A DNA stretch of 64,000 bases, taken from positions 32,001 through 96,000 of the forward strand of contig JACQIB010000004.1 of assembly GCA_016198755.1 (NCBI GenBank). The letters run 5' to 3'. Of the stretch, positions 9,933 through 18,812 are shown piece after piece. A program made the translations under genes and the position numbers. Within the stretch, counting starts at the first letter, position 1, and each line of letters opens with the position of its first letter. Below the pieces are notes generated by a model. It made no database searches and was not told the DNA's origin. It was given only the letters and a program-made list of their open reading frames with translations. The DNA comes from Candidatus Aenigmatarchaeota archaeon. Its GTDB lineage: Archaea > Aenigmatarchaeota > Aenigmatarchaeia > Aenigmatarchaeales > JACQIB01.

Positions 9933-11195
9933 TTACCCTTTCTGTTTCAGCGCAGAAGGAGTTGAGCCTGCATGCCAGCTCTGCCTCATTCTAATCTGTA
10001 CATTGAAAAGTCGCTCAGAATTATCATCTAAAACAACAGCAGAGCCTTTTGTTTTGGGCAGGTCTGTAATATTTTTTCTCAAATCCTCAAGCAAATAGGT
10101 TTGCATTATTCCGGATAAAGCTTCCATATCAGGTTTCGCTGTTAAACGATGGGCTATAACCAAATCAGCCTGTGCTATAGCATCCTCATGCAGCTTATTC
10201 GGCCTTTGGGTGGCAAGAACAAGGGAAATTCCAGGCTGCCTTCCTTGGCGAAGCAAGGTCAGGAAAGGACCTGTAGATGCTGTTTCGCGCTCAGACCCTA
10301 TAAAGTTGTGCGCTTCATCCACCATTATCCATGTTAACGGAACCTTTCTCTTTTCTTCCCCTGCAATAAGTGCAGACTCTTCTTCGCGTCTGGCAGAAAT
10401 GCGTACAGAATAGATTTCCCTTGCCAAAAATCCTAAAAATAACGAGCGCACAGCCCAGTCCATTAAACTCACATCTAATATCGTAACAGAGCCGGGCTTC
10501 ATTATATCCTCTATTCTAAGATCTTTATCTGAAAAAATCCCCCAGTTTTCAGCCCCATAGAATCTGTTTTCCAGCGATAGCCTCTCTTTCTCTCCTGATT
10601 TTTTATCCCCTTCTATTTCTTTTAGTATATTCTCCAGACCATATTTTTTTCCTTCCAATTTTTTCAAAGCCCTTTGCAGTAAAATTCCCTCAGGTTCTGT
10701 AAGCTGGATACCAAAGGTCAGTGCCCAGTCTCCAGCAGATAAAGCTGAAGGCTGTAAAGAAAATGCCCCGTCAAATCCCAAATGTTTTTCTTTGTATACC
10801 TGTTCAAACCCTTTTGGAACAAGATTCTGAACTGGAAATCCCTTTGGTTGCACCCCCCATTCCCTTAACTGCAGCAAAGCAGAATCATTTGCAATTTTCA
10901 TGCTCCAGAAAATTCCCATTGTATCCACAATCAAAACAGAAAGACTATCCCTTACATCAGCAGGCAGGTTCATAACTTCCTCAGCCATCAAAGCCATTGT
11001 AAAGCTCTTTCCACTTCCCCTTTTTCCAACAATCAAAGCCACATGCGGCTGTGCCATATCCAGAAAAACAGGATTAGTTAAATTATAGTCAAATCCAGCT
11101 TTCACCAAATGTTTTCCAATATAGGCCGTTCCTCGCTTCCCGAACTTCTTCAGGTCACTCTGTTCCCTTCCCAATATAATCTCTTCCATAGGCAT
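9933..11195 (-). CDS. HerA/FtsK-superfamily (DUF87) ATPase
   Basis: Walker A GKRGSGKS, Walker B IMVDEAHNF, RQGRQPG and ATQRP motifs. Confidence 0.85.
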   Translation of the reverse strand: MPMEEIILGREQSDLKKFGKRGTAYIGKHLVKAGFDYNLTNPVFLDMAQPHVALIVGKRGSGKSFTMALMAEEVMNLPADVRDSLSVLIVDTMGIFWSMKIANDSALLQLREWGVQPKGFPVQNLVPKGFEQVYKEKHLGFDGAFSLQPSALSAGDWALTFGIQLTEPEGILLQRALKKLEGKKYGLENILKEIEGDKKSGEKERLSLENRFYGAENWGIFSDKDLRIEDIMKPGSVTILDVSLMDWAVRSLFLGFLAREIYSVRISARREEESALIAGEEKRKVPLTWIMVDEAHNFIGSERETASTGPFLTLLRQGRQPGISLVLATQRPNKLHEDAIAQADLVIAHRLTAKPDMEALSGIMQTYLLEDLRKNITDLPKTKGSAVVLDDNSERLFNVQIRMRQSWHAGSTPSALKQKG

Positions 11196-11265
11196 AAAAG
11201 AAATTGCTGCTACAGGTTATTAAATAAAGTTGTTATGGGCTTTAATGTGATTATTGGACTATGTA

Positions 11266-12270
11266 TCAGGCCTTGCAGCAAAGGAACCATACACCAGGAT
11301 CATTTTTCCAGTCCACTGAGCCACCACATGCTTCATCATACCCTCTCCAGGATATACTGGCGATCTGCAACCCTCCAGCATTTGAAGGGAAATTCCCACC
11401 ACAGCTCTTGCAGAATGCACATGAGTTCAAAACACCGCCTGCAACCTTTTCCTTTGTAACAGCTCCGTTTGCCAGCTTTGATGTAGCCACAGCTCCGTCT
11501 CCTATTTTTGATGAAGTAACAGCATTATCAGCCAGTTCAGTTGTGCTAACACCATTATTTTCTATCTGCAGTGCTCCAACAGAATCAGCAGCCAGCTTAT
11601 CTTTTGTTACAGTGCTGCCAAATAATTTTGCGCCAGTTATAGTTCCATCAGCAATTTGTGTTGCTGTTATAGTTCCGTCCTGTATTTTAGAACCCTTTAC
11701 CTTCATGGCAGAATTTGTTCCGCAAGCATCTGCATTTATATTACTTACAGCTGCACCACAAATAAGCCTATCTCCCTGTATGCTCCCGCCCTTTATTTTG
11801 CCATTTGTTACAGATTCATCTGCCAGCTTTCCTGTTGTTATAGACCCGTCAGCCACAGCAAAGTTTTTCCTTGCTATAAAAGCCCCCGGAGCAATAATAA
11901 TCCTTGGGGAAAGTTTGTTCCCGCCAATCTCCAGCTCTGCATAATATTCCTTATCAAATGTTATAGAATTTGGGAAAGCCTTTGTTTTTCCAAGGCTTGC
12001 AAACCAAGTCCCTTTTTTCACAGAAATAGTCTGGGTTTCTGTAAACAATGCTGTCCCAGCAGTTGCAACATCATACAAATTAAATGTGATGCTCAAATCC
12101 TGTGTTACAGGTTTCCCAGTAGAATCTTTAAGGAACCCCTGAAGCGGGAGCTGCTCTTTTACAACAGCTTGCCCTGGTTGTGTTGTGGTTGTCTGTGCAA
12201 CAGCTAAAGCAGCCATTATTGCAAATACAGCCAGAACAGAAAACAAAACAACTTTTGCACTCCCTTTCAT
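11266..12270 (-). CDS. Secreted tail-fibre-like protein with 10-residue (A-D-G-S/A-V/I-T-x-x-K-I/L) repeats and Cys-rich tip
   Basis: Signal peptide; QG-F-L-KDSTG-P...F-LYD-ATAG...ETQ-I-V-KG N-terminal domain; tandem decamer repeats. Confidence 0.7.
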   Translation of the reverse strand: MKGSAKVVLFSVLAVFAIMAALAVAQTTTTQPGQAVVKEQLPLQGFLKDSTGKPVTQDLSITFNLYDVATAGTALFTETQTISVKKGTWFASLGKTKAFPNSITFDKEYYAELEIGGNKLSPRIIIAPGAFIARKNFAVADGSITTGKLADESVTNGKIKGGSIQGDRLICGAAVSNINADACGTNSAMKVKGSKIQDGTITATQIADGTITGAKLFGSTVTKDKLAADSVGALQIENNGVSTTELADNAVTSSKIGDGAVATSKLANGAVTKEKVAGGVLNSCAFCKSCGGNFPSNAGGLQIASISWRGYDEACGGSVDWKNDPGVWFLCCKA

Positions 12271-12302
12271 ACAAATCACTCTGCTTTTTACATATAAATA
12301 CT

Positions 12303-13475
12303 TTATCTTTTTGATTGTATAGGAAGTTTTTCAACCGTAGCAGTATGTTTCCTGCTGTATATATAGTATCCAAGACCTCCAGCAACTGCAACAGCAGCTA
12401 TTATTATAATCAATGGAAGCAGCACTTCAGTTGAAAGCCCGCCCTTTGGAAGTGTGGATGTAGTATCTGGTACAGATCCAGTTGTTGTTGATTCTTCTGT
12501 AGACAGTGTTGTTGTAGTCCCTATTGGAGCCGCTTTCACAGTCAGGCTAAAGCTACCAGATTCTGTTTTTAATCCTGCCCCGTCCTCCACAGTTATTTTC
12601 CAGTTAATTTTAGCTCCGGCCTTCAGTTTTGAAGTATCATACTTGAACTTAACAACAGTTTTTGTCTTCCCTCCTATATCTGCTGTCTGCACAACATTCC
12701 CACCCACAACCAGCTGCGCCTTTTTCAATCCAACATTATCCTCCACTGTTGCAAACAAAAGTATAGAATCCCCAATAACAGGTTCCTCCGGAGTTGCTGT
12801 AGCATCTTTTATGGTTGGAGCAACAGTGTCCTTACCCCCTATAGTGAAGCTTCCTACATCACTCTCAGCAGAGTTATCAGAAGTATCATATCCAATCATT
12901 TTCCATTTTACAACCGTGTCTTTAGGAACACTTCCTGACCATGTATAGGTTGCTGTAGCTCTTGTTCCAGTAAGAGTTATTATTTTTGCCTGCTGGAAAC
13001 CAGCTCCTTCATCTATAAAAACAACAGCCCTGTCCAATCCTGAATCATCTTCCCACTCAACAGAAAATGTAACGGCCTCACCAACATTAGGGAGGGTTTT
13101 ATCTTGTGTTGTGTTCTGTGGGACTGGAGGTGTAGAATCTCCGGAAGAGAGCGGCCCGAAAACAGCTGTATAATCAGAAGAGGAAGCCTCTCCAACAGGT
13201 TCGTCTGTATATGTTGCTATTCCAGAATAATCAGAACTGGAACTATCAGAAGGAGACCCACCAGCAGAACCGCTATCAATCACATATTCCTCCCCGCCGG
13301 AAACAACATAAGCTGTTGGCTGGAAAAAAGAAGAAGCAACAGAGAATGCAACAAAAAGGGAAACCACAATACCCAGCATTGCAACAGGTATTGAAGGATC
13401 CTGATGTGCATGCCCAATCCTGTATTTTGCATGTCTTACAGAATGTCTGCCTGACTTTGAATATCTTTTTGCCAT
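12303..13475 (-). CDS. Membrane-anchored surface protein with two Ig-like repeats
   Basis: N-terminal hydrophobic segment, Ser-rich linker, WEDDSGL...VKWK...D repeats, Thr-rich stalk, C-terminal TM. Confidence 0.8.
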   Translation of the reverse strand: MAKRYSKSGRHSVRHAKYRIGHAHQDPSIPVAMLGIVVSLFVAFSVASSFFQPTAYVVSGGEEYVIDSGSAGGSPSDSSSSDYSGIATYTDEPVGEASSSDYTAVFGPLSSGDSTPPVPQNTTQDKTLPNVGEAVTFSVEWEDDSGLDRAVVFIDEGAGFQQAKIITLTGTRATATYTWSGSVPKDTVVKWKMIGYDTSDNSAESDVGSFTIGGKDTVAPTIKDATATPEEPVIGDSILLFATVEDNVGLKKAQLVVGGNVVQTADIGGKTKTVVKFKYDTSKLKAGAKINWKITVEDGAGLKTESGSFSLTVKAAPIGTTTTLSTEESTTTGSVPDTTSTLPKGGLSTEVLLPLIIIIAAVAVAGGLGYYIYSRKHTATVEKLPIQSKR

Positions 13476-13506
13476 TTATCTCAATCCACTTTATATTTTT
13501 ACATAT

Positions 13507-15348
13507 TTAAGCTTTCTTTGGCGGAGTCTCGTCTACTTTTGGTCCTCCTTTAAATCCTGCTTCTGTCATTGTAACAGTTTTCTGGGACTTTTTCTTCTTT
13601 AAATAAAGGAAAATGCCGGCTCCTGCAGCAACAGCAGCTGCAATTCCAACACCTACAAATACTATAACATTTCCCCCACCCTCTCCCTTTAGCTTTTCCA
13701 CCTGTGACTTTGCTAAATTAAGTTTTGAGGTTGCTTTGGTTTCATCTCCAGCAGTCAATGCAGTCTCTGCTTCGTTTATAATATCCTGTATAATTTCCAC
13801 GTCTTTTCCCTGTGCTTTTAAGGTAGCTATATCAGTTTTAACAGTTTCTATATCATTGCTCAAAGAGCTTACAGCAGTTGTACGTGTTGCCCCTGTGGTT
13901 GTTGTCTGCTTTGTAGTGCTTGTTGCAGTAGTTGTTATGTTCATTGATGAAAAATCCACTTCCCCGCCTCCGGAGAATGAACCATCACTGTCTATATCTA
14001 CACATGCATAGAAGGCTTTTAATCCCTTAACAAACGGGGCTTTGAATGTAACATCTCCATTTCCCTCCCTTAATCCCAGCTCTTCATCTGAGCAGGAGTT
14101 TGCCCGTATATAAACGCTCTTTGATTCACACCCATTCAATCCGGATATTTCTGCTGTAACAGTTGAGCCTGTTTTTGCACTTTCAGGTAAGGTTAATTTA
14201 ACAAATCCTGTGCACGTTCCACCAGTTGTTCCACCAGTCGTACCAGTAACAGCAAAAAAACTAAGTCCTGGGGAAACCGCAGAATATTCAACAGAATCCG
14301 TGCCTTCTGTACCCTTTTTAGCAGCCGTTTTATTCCATGCTGTTCCTGTCCAGCGCTGTAAAAATATCTTTCCAGAATCCACGCTATTCTCGCTTATCCA
14401 GCTGCTGTTTATCTGCAGTTCTATTGTAGCATTTTTAATATTCGCATCAGAAATGCCATCAAGCACAAACTCATAGAACTGGTATATTATACCATCCGGA
14501 TTTACTGAAACTTCTGTTGGTTTTCCTATAAGCTTTCTTATAGTCAGCTTCCCGCTCGGTATATCAACAGCAGGGAAAATGCTTACTTTCTTTATTCCGT
14601 GTTTTGAAAAATTTGTAAATGTAAGAGGAAGCAGCCTCCCTTCTATTGCCGTTGAAATTGTTTTATCTTCCTTTTCTGTGAATGTGGGCCTTTTAATTAG
14701 TGTAAAATTCTGCTCTGCGCATGTTGTTCCAGCTCCGTTTATGTCCTTTGCTATAACCCTCCATTTTATTTTTGTACCAGCTGTTGCACTGCTGTCAGAC
14801 CATGTATAACTCGAAAACTTCAGCGTTGGAGATCCGGTAATAGTTATTTTCTGCAAATCTTTCCAGGGGGCAGCTGTTGTACCGCCAAAATCAGTCTGAA
14901 ACAAAGCTTCAGCCAACCCACTGTTATCACTCATGTTTACCAGAAACTCAACATCATCCCCTTCAAATGGAGCAGATGGAGTTGCTTTAAAGTTTAAACA
15001 TACGGGAGGTGTATTTGATCCAGATTGAGTTGTACTGGTTGCAGCAGCAGAACATGTGCTTGAACCACTGTTCCAGATGCAGCTCGCTCCTGTACAGGCA
15101 GCGCTTGCAGAACAGGCTGCGCAGTTGCTTGCTGAACAGGTTGCGCTGGTTGTACTTGATGCGCCAGATAAAGTTGACTGTGAAATTCCTCCACCACCAA
15201 ATCCGCTACCTGGGTCATAATAACCTCCTCCAATAGGCATTCCGGTTATCGAGCTGGAAGCAACCATGCCTATATAATATAAAATAGATACTGCAAATAT
15301 AACAAAAACTAACGGTGGAAGTTCCCGTTTATCAGCCCTCCTTTTCAT
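13507..15348 (-). CDS. PGF-pre-PGF domain surface glycoprotein
   Basis: IYQFYEF...NATIE...SWISEN...L-RW...Y-A-SPGLSFFAVTG matches the PGF-pre-PGF pattern; one Ig repeat; C-terminal TM with KKKK. Confidence 0.8.
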   Translation of the reverse strand: MKRRADKRELPPLVFVIFAVSILYYIGMVASSSITGMPIGGGYYDPGSGFGGGGISQSTLSGASSTTSATCSASNCAACSASAACTGASCIWNSGSSTCSAAATSTTQSGSNTPPVCLNFKATPSAPFEGDDVEFLVNMSDNSGLAEALFQTDFGGTTAAPWKDLQKITITGSPTLKFSSYTWSDSSATAGTKIKWRVIAKDINGAGTTCAEQNFTLIKRPTFTEKEDKTISTAIEGRLLPLTFTNFSKHGIKKVSIFPAVDIPSGKLTIRKLIGKPTEVSVNPDGIIYQFYEFVLDGISDANIKNATIELQINSSWISENSVDSGKIFLQRWTGTAWNKTAAKKGTEGTDSVEYSAVSPGLSFFAVTGTTGGTTGGTCTGFVKLTLPESAKTGSTVTAEISGLNGCESKSVYIRANSCSDEELGLREGNGDVTFKAPFVKGLKAFYACVDIDSDGSFSGGGEVDFSSMNITTTATSTTKQTTTTGATRTTAVSSLSNDIETVKTDIATLKAQGKDVEIIQDIINEAETALTAGDETKATSKLNLAKSQVEKLKGEGGGNVIVFVGVGIAAAVAAGAGIFLYLKKKKSQKTVTMTEAGFKGGPKVDETPPKKA

Positions 15349-15438
15349 AGGGTAAAATAGCAAATCCAGCTATTTATAATCCTTCCTTGCGAGCAGCTCC
15401 CTTTAAATCTGGGCGCGCGAATACATTCCTCGGTAAAA

Positions 15439-15696
15439 ATGAAGCATGAGAACACAGCTTTCCTGTTTTACATTGTTCTGGGTATTATAGTTGGTTCTGT
15501 AAGCCTCTACCTTCCCAGTCCTTTAATTTCCCTTGCTTTGGCAGTTATAATGTTTTTTGCTGGAGGTTTCTTATTATCAAAAATAACAAAAGAAAAGAAG
15601 GAACTTCGCTGGCTTATAACAAATGGCGGCTGGCTCTATTTCTTTGTCTGGCTTTTGATATGGATACTTTTGTTCAACCTTTTCCCACATCCTTAA
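15439..15696 (+). CDS. Small multi-pass membrane protein (DUF5379/EMC6-like)
   Basis: Three hydrophobic segments ending GG-WLYFFVWLLIWILLFNL. Confidence 0.6.
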   Translation: MKHENTAFLFYIVLGIIVGSVSLYLPSPLISLALAVIMFFAGGFLLSKITKEKKELRWLITNGGWLYFFVWLLIWILLFNLFPHP

Positions 15697-15722
15697 TAAA
15701 CCAGTAGGGAGGAAGAATAATT

Positions 15723-17060
15723 ATGGAAGAACTTGGTGAATGGAGCAGAACACATTATTCAGCAGAGCTTTCCCCTTCTTTAGAGGGGAAAGAAGTAATT
15801 TTAGCTGGCTGGGTTAGGGAACTCAGGGATATGGGAAAGCTGAAGTTTGTGCTTTTAGCTGACAGGGAAGGCTCAATACAGATAACAGTAAAGCAGGGTG
15901 AAACAAAGCCTGCTGTTCTGAAGAAGTTTGAAAAGCTTGGGAAGGAGTTTGTTGTTGCAGTTAAAGGAACAGTTAAGGCAAACAAAGCAGCTCCCAGTGG
16001 GCTGGAAATAATTCCAATAGAGCTCAAAATACTGAATGAGTCAGAATCTCCTCTCCCATTAGAGCCGCGCTCAAAAGTTGTAGCTGACCTTCCAACTAGG
16101 TTGGATGCTCGTTTTTTGGATTTAAGAAAGCCTGAAATTGGGGCAATTTTTAAGGTAAAAGATATGGTTACAACAGCTGTGCGCAATTATTTAGAATCCA
16201 ACAGCTTTATTGAGATCCATACACCGAAAATTATTGGTGAAGCATCAGAAGGAGGTTCTGAAGTGTTTTCAGTTACCTACTTTAACCGCGAGGCTTTTCT
16301 CGCTCAAAGTCCGCAGTTTTACAAGCAGATAATGATGGCTTCAGGCTTTGACAAGGTTTATGAAATAGCGCCTGCTTTTCGTGCAGAAAAATCCCATTCC
16401 ACCCGCCACGTAACAGAGATAATAATGTTGGATATGGAAATGGCTTTTATACACGGTATAGAGGATGTTCTTTCAGTTCTGGAGAATTTAATGAGAGCTG
16501 TTGTTTCCCACGTTTCAGAACAGGGGAAGGAAGAGATAAAAGCTCTCGGAAAATCCCTCTCCCTCCCCAGCATACCCTTTCCCAGAATAACAATGGAAGA
16601 AGCGAAAGCTTTGCTTAAGAAAGAGCGCGGAATGAAGTTTTCCCCTGAAGATGAACTGGACAGTGCAGGTGAAAAAGCTCTGGGGGAGCTGATAAAACAA
16701 AAACAGGGGCATGATTTTGTTTTCCTTACAGAATTTCCATGGTCCCAGGCAAAGTTCTACCACATGAGGAATGAAAAAAATCCAAAGGTTACTGTGCGCG
16801 CAGACTTGCTGTTTAAGGGGCTTGAAATAGCAACAATAGCCCAGCGCGAGCACCGCTACCCAATTCTAATGAAGCAGGCAAAAGAAATGAAAGTAACCCC
16901 TGAAAAAATACAATTCTATATTGATGCTTTCAGGTTTGGAATGCCCCCGCACGGTGGCTGCGGAGTTGGAGTAGACCGCATTGTTCAACAACTGTTAGAC
17001 CTGCCAAATGTGCAGGAGGCTATACTGTTCCCCCGCACTCCCGAAAGGCTCAAACCTTGA
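15723..17060 (+). CDS. aspS: Aspartyl-tRNA synthetase (archaeal type, probably non-discriminating)
   Basis: RTHY N-terminus, OB fold, LAQSPQFYKQ, FRAE, GMPPHGG, LFPR. Confidence 0.96.
   Translation: MEELGEWSRTHYSAELSPSLEGKEVILAGWVRELRDMGKLKFVLLADREGSIQITVKQGETKPAVLKKFEKLGKEFVVAVKGTVKANKAAPSGLEIIPIELKILNESESPLPLEPRSKVVADLPTRLDARFLDLRKPEIGAIFKVKDMVTTAVRNYLESNSFIEIHTPKIIGEASEGGSEVFSVTYFNREAFLAQSPQFYKQIMMASGFDKVYEIAPAFRAEKSHSTRHVTEIIMLDMEMAFIHGIEDVLSVLENLMRAVVSHVSEQGKEEIKALGKSLSLPSIPFPRITMEEAKALLKKERGMKFSPEDELDSAGEKALGELIKQKQGHDFVFLTEFPWSQAKFYHMRNEKNPKVTVRADLLFKGLEIATIAQREHRYPILMKQAKEMKVTPEKIQFYIDAFRFGMPPHGGCGVGVDRIVQQLLDLPNVQEAILFPRTPERLKP
17040..17060 (+). repeat. Direct repeat copy 1 (aspS last 7 codons, PERLKP*)
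   Basis: CCCGAAAGGCTCAAACCTTGA, 18/21 identical to 17619-17639. Confidence 0.8.
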
Positions 17061-17075
17061 TATAGTAGATTTATA

Positions 17076-17105
17076 TACTATCGTATACTATAGTAAACTA
17101 TGGTA
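17076..17105 (+). promoter_or_regulatory. Three tandem 10-bp palindromic operator-like units at the TA promoter/start
   Basis: TACTATCGTA TACTATAGTA AACTATGGTA, directly after TTTATA box at about 17070 and overlapping the antitoxin ATG. Confidence 0.6.
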
Positions 17106-17348
17106 AACATAAAAGAAACAACAATTAAATTGCGCCACGATACAAAGTTACAGTTAGATAAATTTAGGGAATATAGAAGCGAGAGCTATGATGAAGTGGT
17201 TAAAAAAATATTATATATAGCAAAAACCAGCAGGACAGAACCAGAACTTAGCAAAGAAACCATGGAAGCCATAGAAAGAGCAAGAAAGAGAATCAAAGAT
17301 GGCAAGTTTATAACAGAGGCTGAGGCAAAAAAGAGATTAGGATTGTAA
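17100..17348 (+). CDS. Antitoxin (ribbon-helix-helix/CopG-like)
   Basis: TTIKL...TK..L..F....ESYDEVV N-terminus; translationally coupled (TAATG) to relE. Confidence 0.8.
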   Translation: MVNIKETTIKLRHDTKLQLDKFREYRSESYDEVVKKILYIAKTSRTEPELSKETMEAIERARKRIKDGKFITEAEAKKRLGL

Positions 17349-17623
17349 TGTACGAAATTGCCATAGACAAAGAAGCAATGAAATTTTTAGAACGCCTCCC
17401 CAGACCTGTAAGAGAGCGCATTTTTAAGAAAATAACTGCTGCAAAATTGAATCCCATGCATTTCTTCGAGAATCTGGAAGGAACTAAAGAGCGCAAGTTA
17501 AGAATAGGTGACTATAGGGTAATTGCAAATGTAAATGATGCCACAAAAAGGATAGAAATACTTTACATTGGTCATAGGAAAAATGTGTATAAAAGAGCAT
17601 CTCAGTTACTACACGCTTCCTGA
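17348..17623 (+). CDS. relE: RelE/ParE-family toxin
   Basis: A-KFL--L...RI-KKI...LRIGDYRVI...IGHRKNVY. Confidence 0.92.
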   Translation: MYEIAIDKEAMKFLERLPRPVRERIFKKITAAKLNPMHFFENLEGTKERKLRIGDYRVIANVNDATKRIEILYIGHRKNVYKRASQLLHAS

Positions 17624-17639
17624 AAGGCTCAAGCCCTGA
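17619..17639 (+). repeat. Direct repeat copy 2 of aspS 3' end
   Basis: CCTGAAAGGCTCAAGCCCTGA also encodes PERLKP*. Confidence 0.8.
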
Positions 17640-17669
17640 TTTATATTCTACCCCACAGCTATTTTTCTA

Positions 17670-18794
17670 ATGCCCCGCAGAAAAACCCGCAGGAAAGCCT
17701 CAGCCAAGAAAACAGTTCCAAAAATAAACTCTTTTGTTTCCAACCTATCATTCCTTTACAGGAACGCAAAAAAGGAAATCTGGCTTATGTCAGTCTTGTT
17801 TATTATTGGTATGGTTCTGCCCCTCTTTCTTCCAGTAGAGCAGAAAGCAGAGGCCCTCTCAAGTTTTTCAGATAAAAAAGAAATATTTTCCTTTTTTCCA
17901 GATAAACTCTTATTATTCTTTCTCCCAGCCATCTTGTTCCTGAACAACAGTTACGTTTCTGTACTATCCTTTATTTTCGGCTTCCTCTCCCCCTATCTAA
18001 TATTTAACAATGGTTTTATTGTTGGTTCATTGTTCGATGCCTTGAGCAAAACAGCTCCTGCCTTTCCCAACATCTACCTCCTTCCAATTGTTTCAGTCCT
18101 TCCCCACGCATGGTTAGAGATACCAGCGTTTATTTTGGCAGCAGCTTATGGGCTGCGCACATGGGAAAAAATAGCCTTTTCCAGCAGAATAGAGCCAAAA
18201 TTAAGTAGGTTAAAATTCTTTTTCAAGTACATAGAACCTTTATTCAAAGCTGTTGTGCCAATGCTAATAGCTGCAGCCTTAATTGAAACCTATGTTTCCG
18301 GAGTGCTCGGTGCAGTTATTCCAATAATTCCTGAACATAATCCAGGTAATCTAACAAACCTCCTGCTCACGCAGCAGGACCTTGCAAGCGCAGGTTTTAA
18401 TCTAAACAAAACCCAGCTCCCCTCAATTTTCAGTGATGTTACATCAATGTACAGTAAAAGCTTTCCAGAAGCCCTGAAAATAGAATCGCGCAGCCAGCGC
18501 GACTCAAATTATTTTTCCAATAAAAACACAACTCTTCTTATAACTGTTGTTAAAACAGACGAAGCTGAAAAGCTGGTGCAGCTGCGCAGGGAAATAGCAT
18601 TATTCAAGCTCAGCTTCTACAAGAACCATACTCTCGAGGACTTCGAAACCTATAGTTTGGCAAAAACAGACAAAAAGTTATATTATTTTTCCTTTACAAC
18701 CAAGAACGATTATGCAGTTTTAATAACACTCTGGTCCACAGCTCCGCAGGACTTTCAGAAAATAATCGAGTTGCAGAGGGGAAAGCTTACCTAG
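17670..18794 (+). CDS. Stage II sporulation protein M (SpoIIM/DUF95) family membrane protein with C-terminal soluble extension
   Basis: FLNN...NGFIVG...LPHAWLEIPA...AAALIETY. Confidence 0.8.
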   Translation: MPRRKTRRKASAKKTVPKINSFVSNLSFLYRNAKKEIWLMSVLFIIGMVLPLFLPVEQKAEALSSFSDKKEIFSFFPDKLLLFFLPAILFLNNSYVSVLSFIFGFLSPYLIFNNGFIVGSLFDALSKTAPAFPNIYLLPIVSVLPHAWLEIPAFILAAAYGLRTWEKIAFSSRIEPKLSRLKFFFKYIEPLFKAVVPMLIAAALIETYVSGVLGAVIPIIPEHNPGNLTNLLLTQQDLASAGFNLNKTQLPSIFSDVTSMYSKSFPEALKIESRSQRDSNYFSNKNTTLLITVVKTDEAEKLVQLRREIALFKLSFYKNHTLEDFETYSLAKTDKKLYYFSFTTKNDYAVLITLWSTAPQDFQKIIELQRGKLT

Positions 18795-18812
18795 GCAATA
18801 TTAAGGCGGAAA

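Noticed and set aside
11261-12207. 227-aa and 183-aa + strand ORFs
   Set aside because: Antisense to the repeat-rich fibre gene; openness is explained by its repetitive codons
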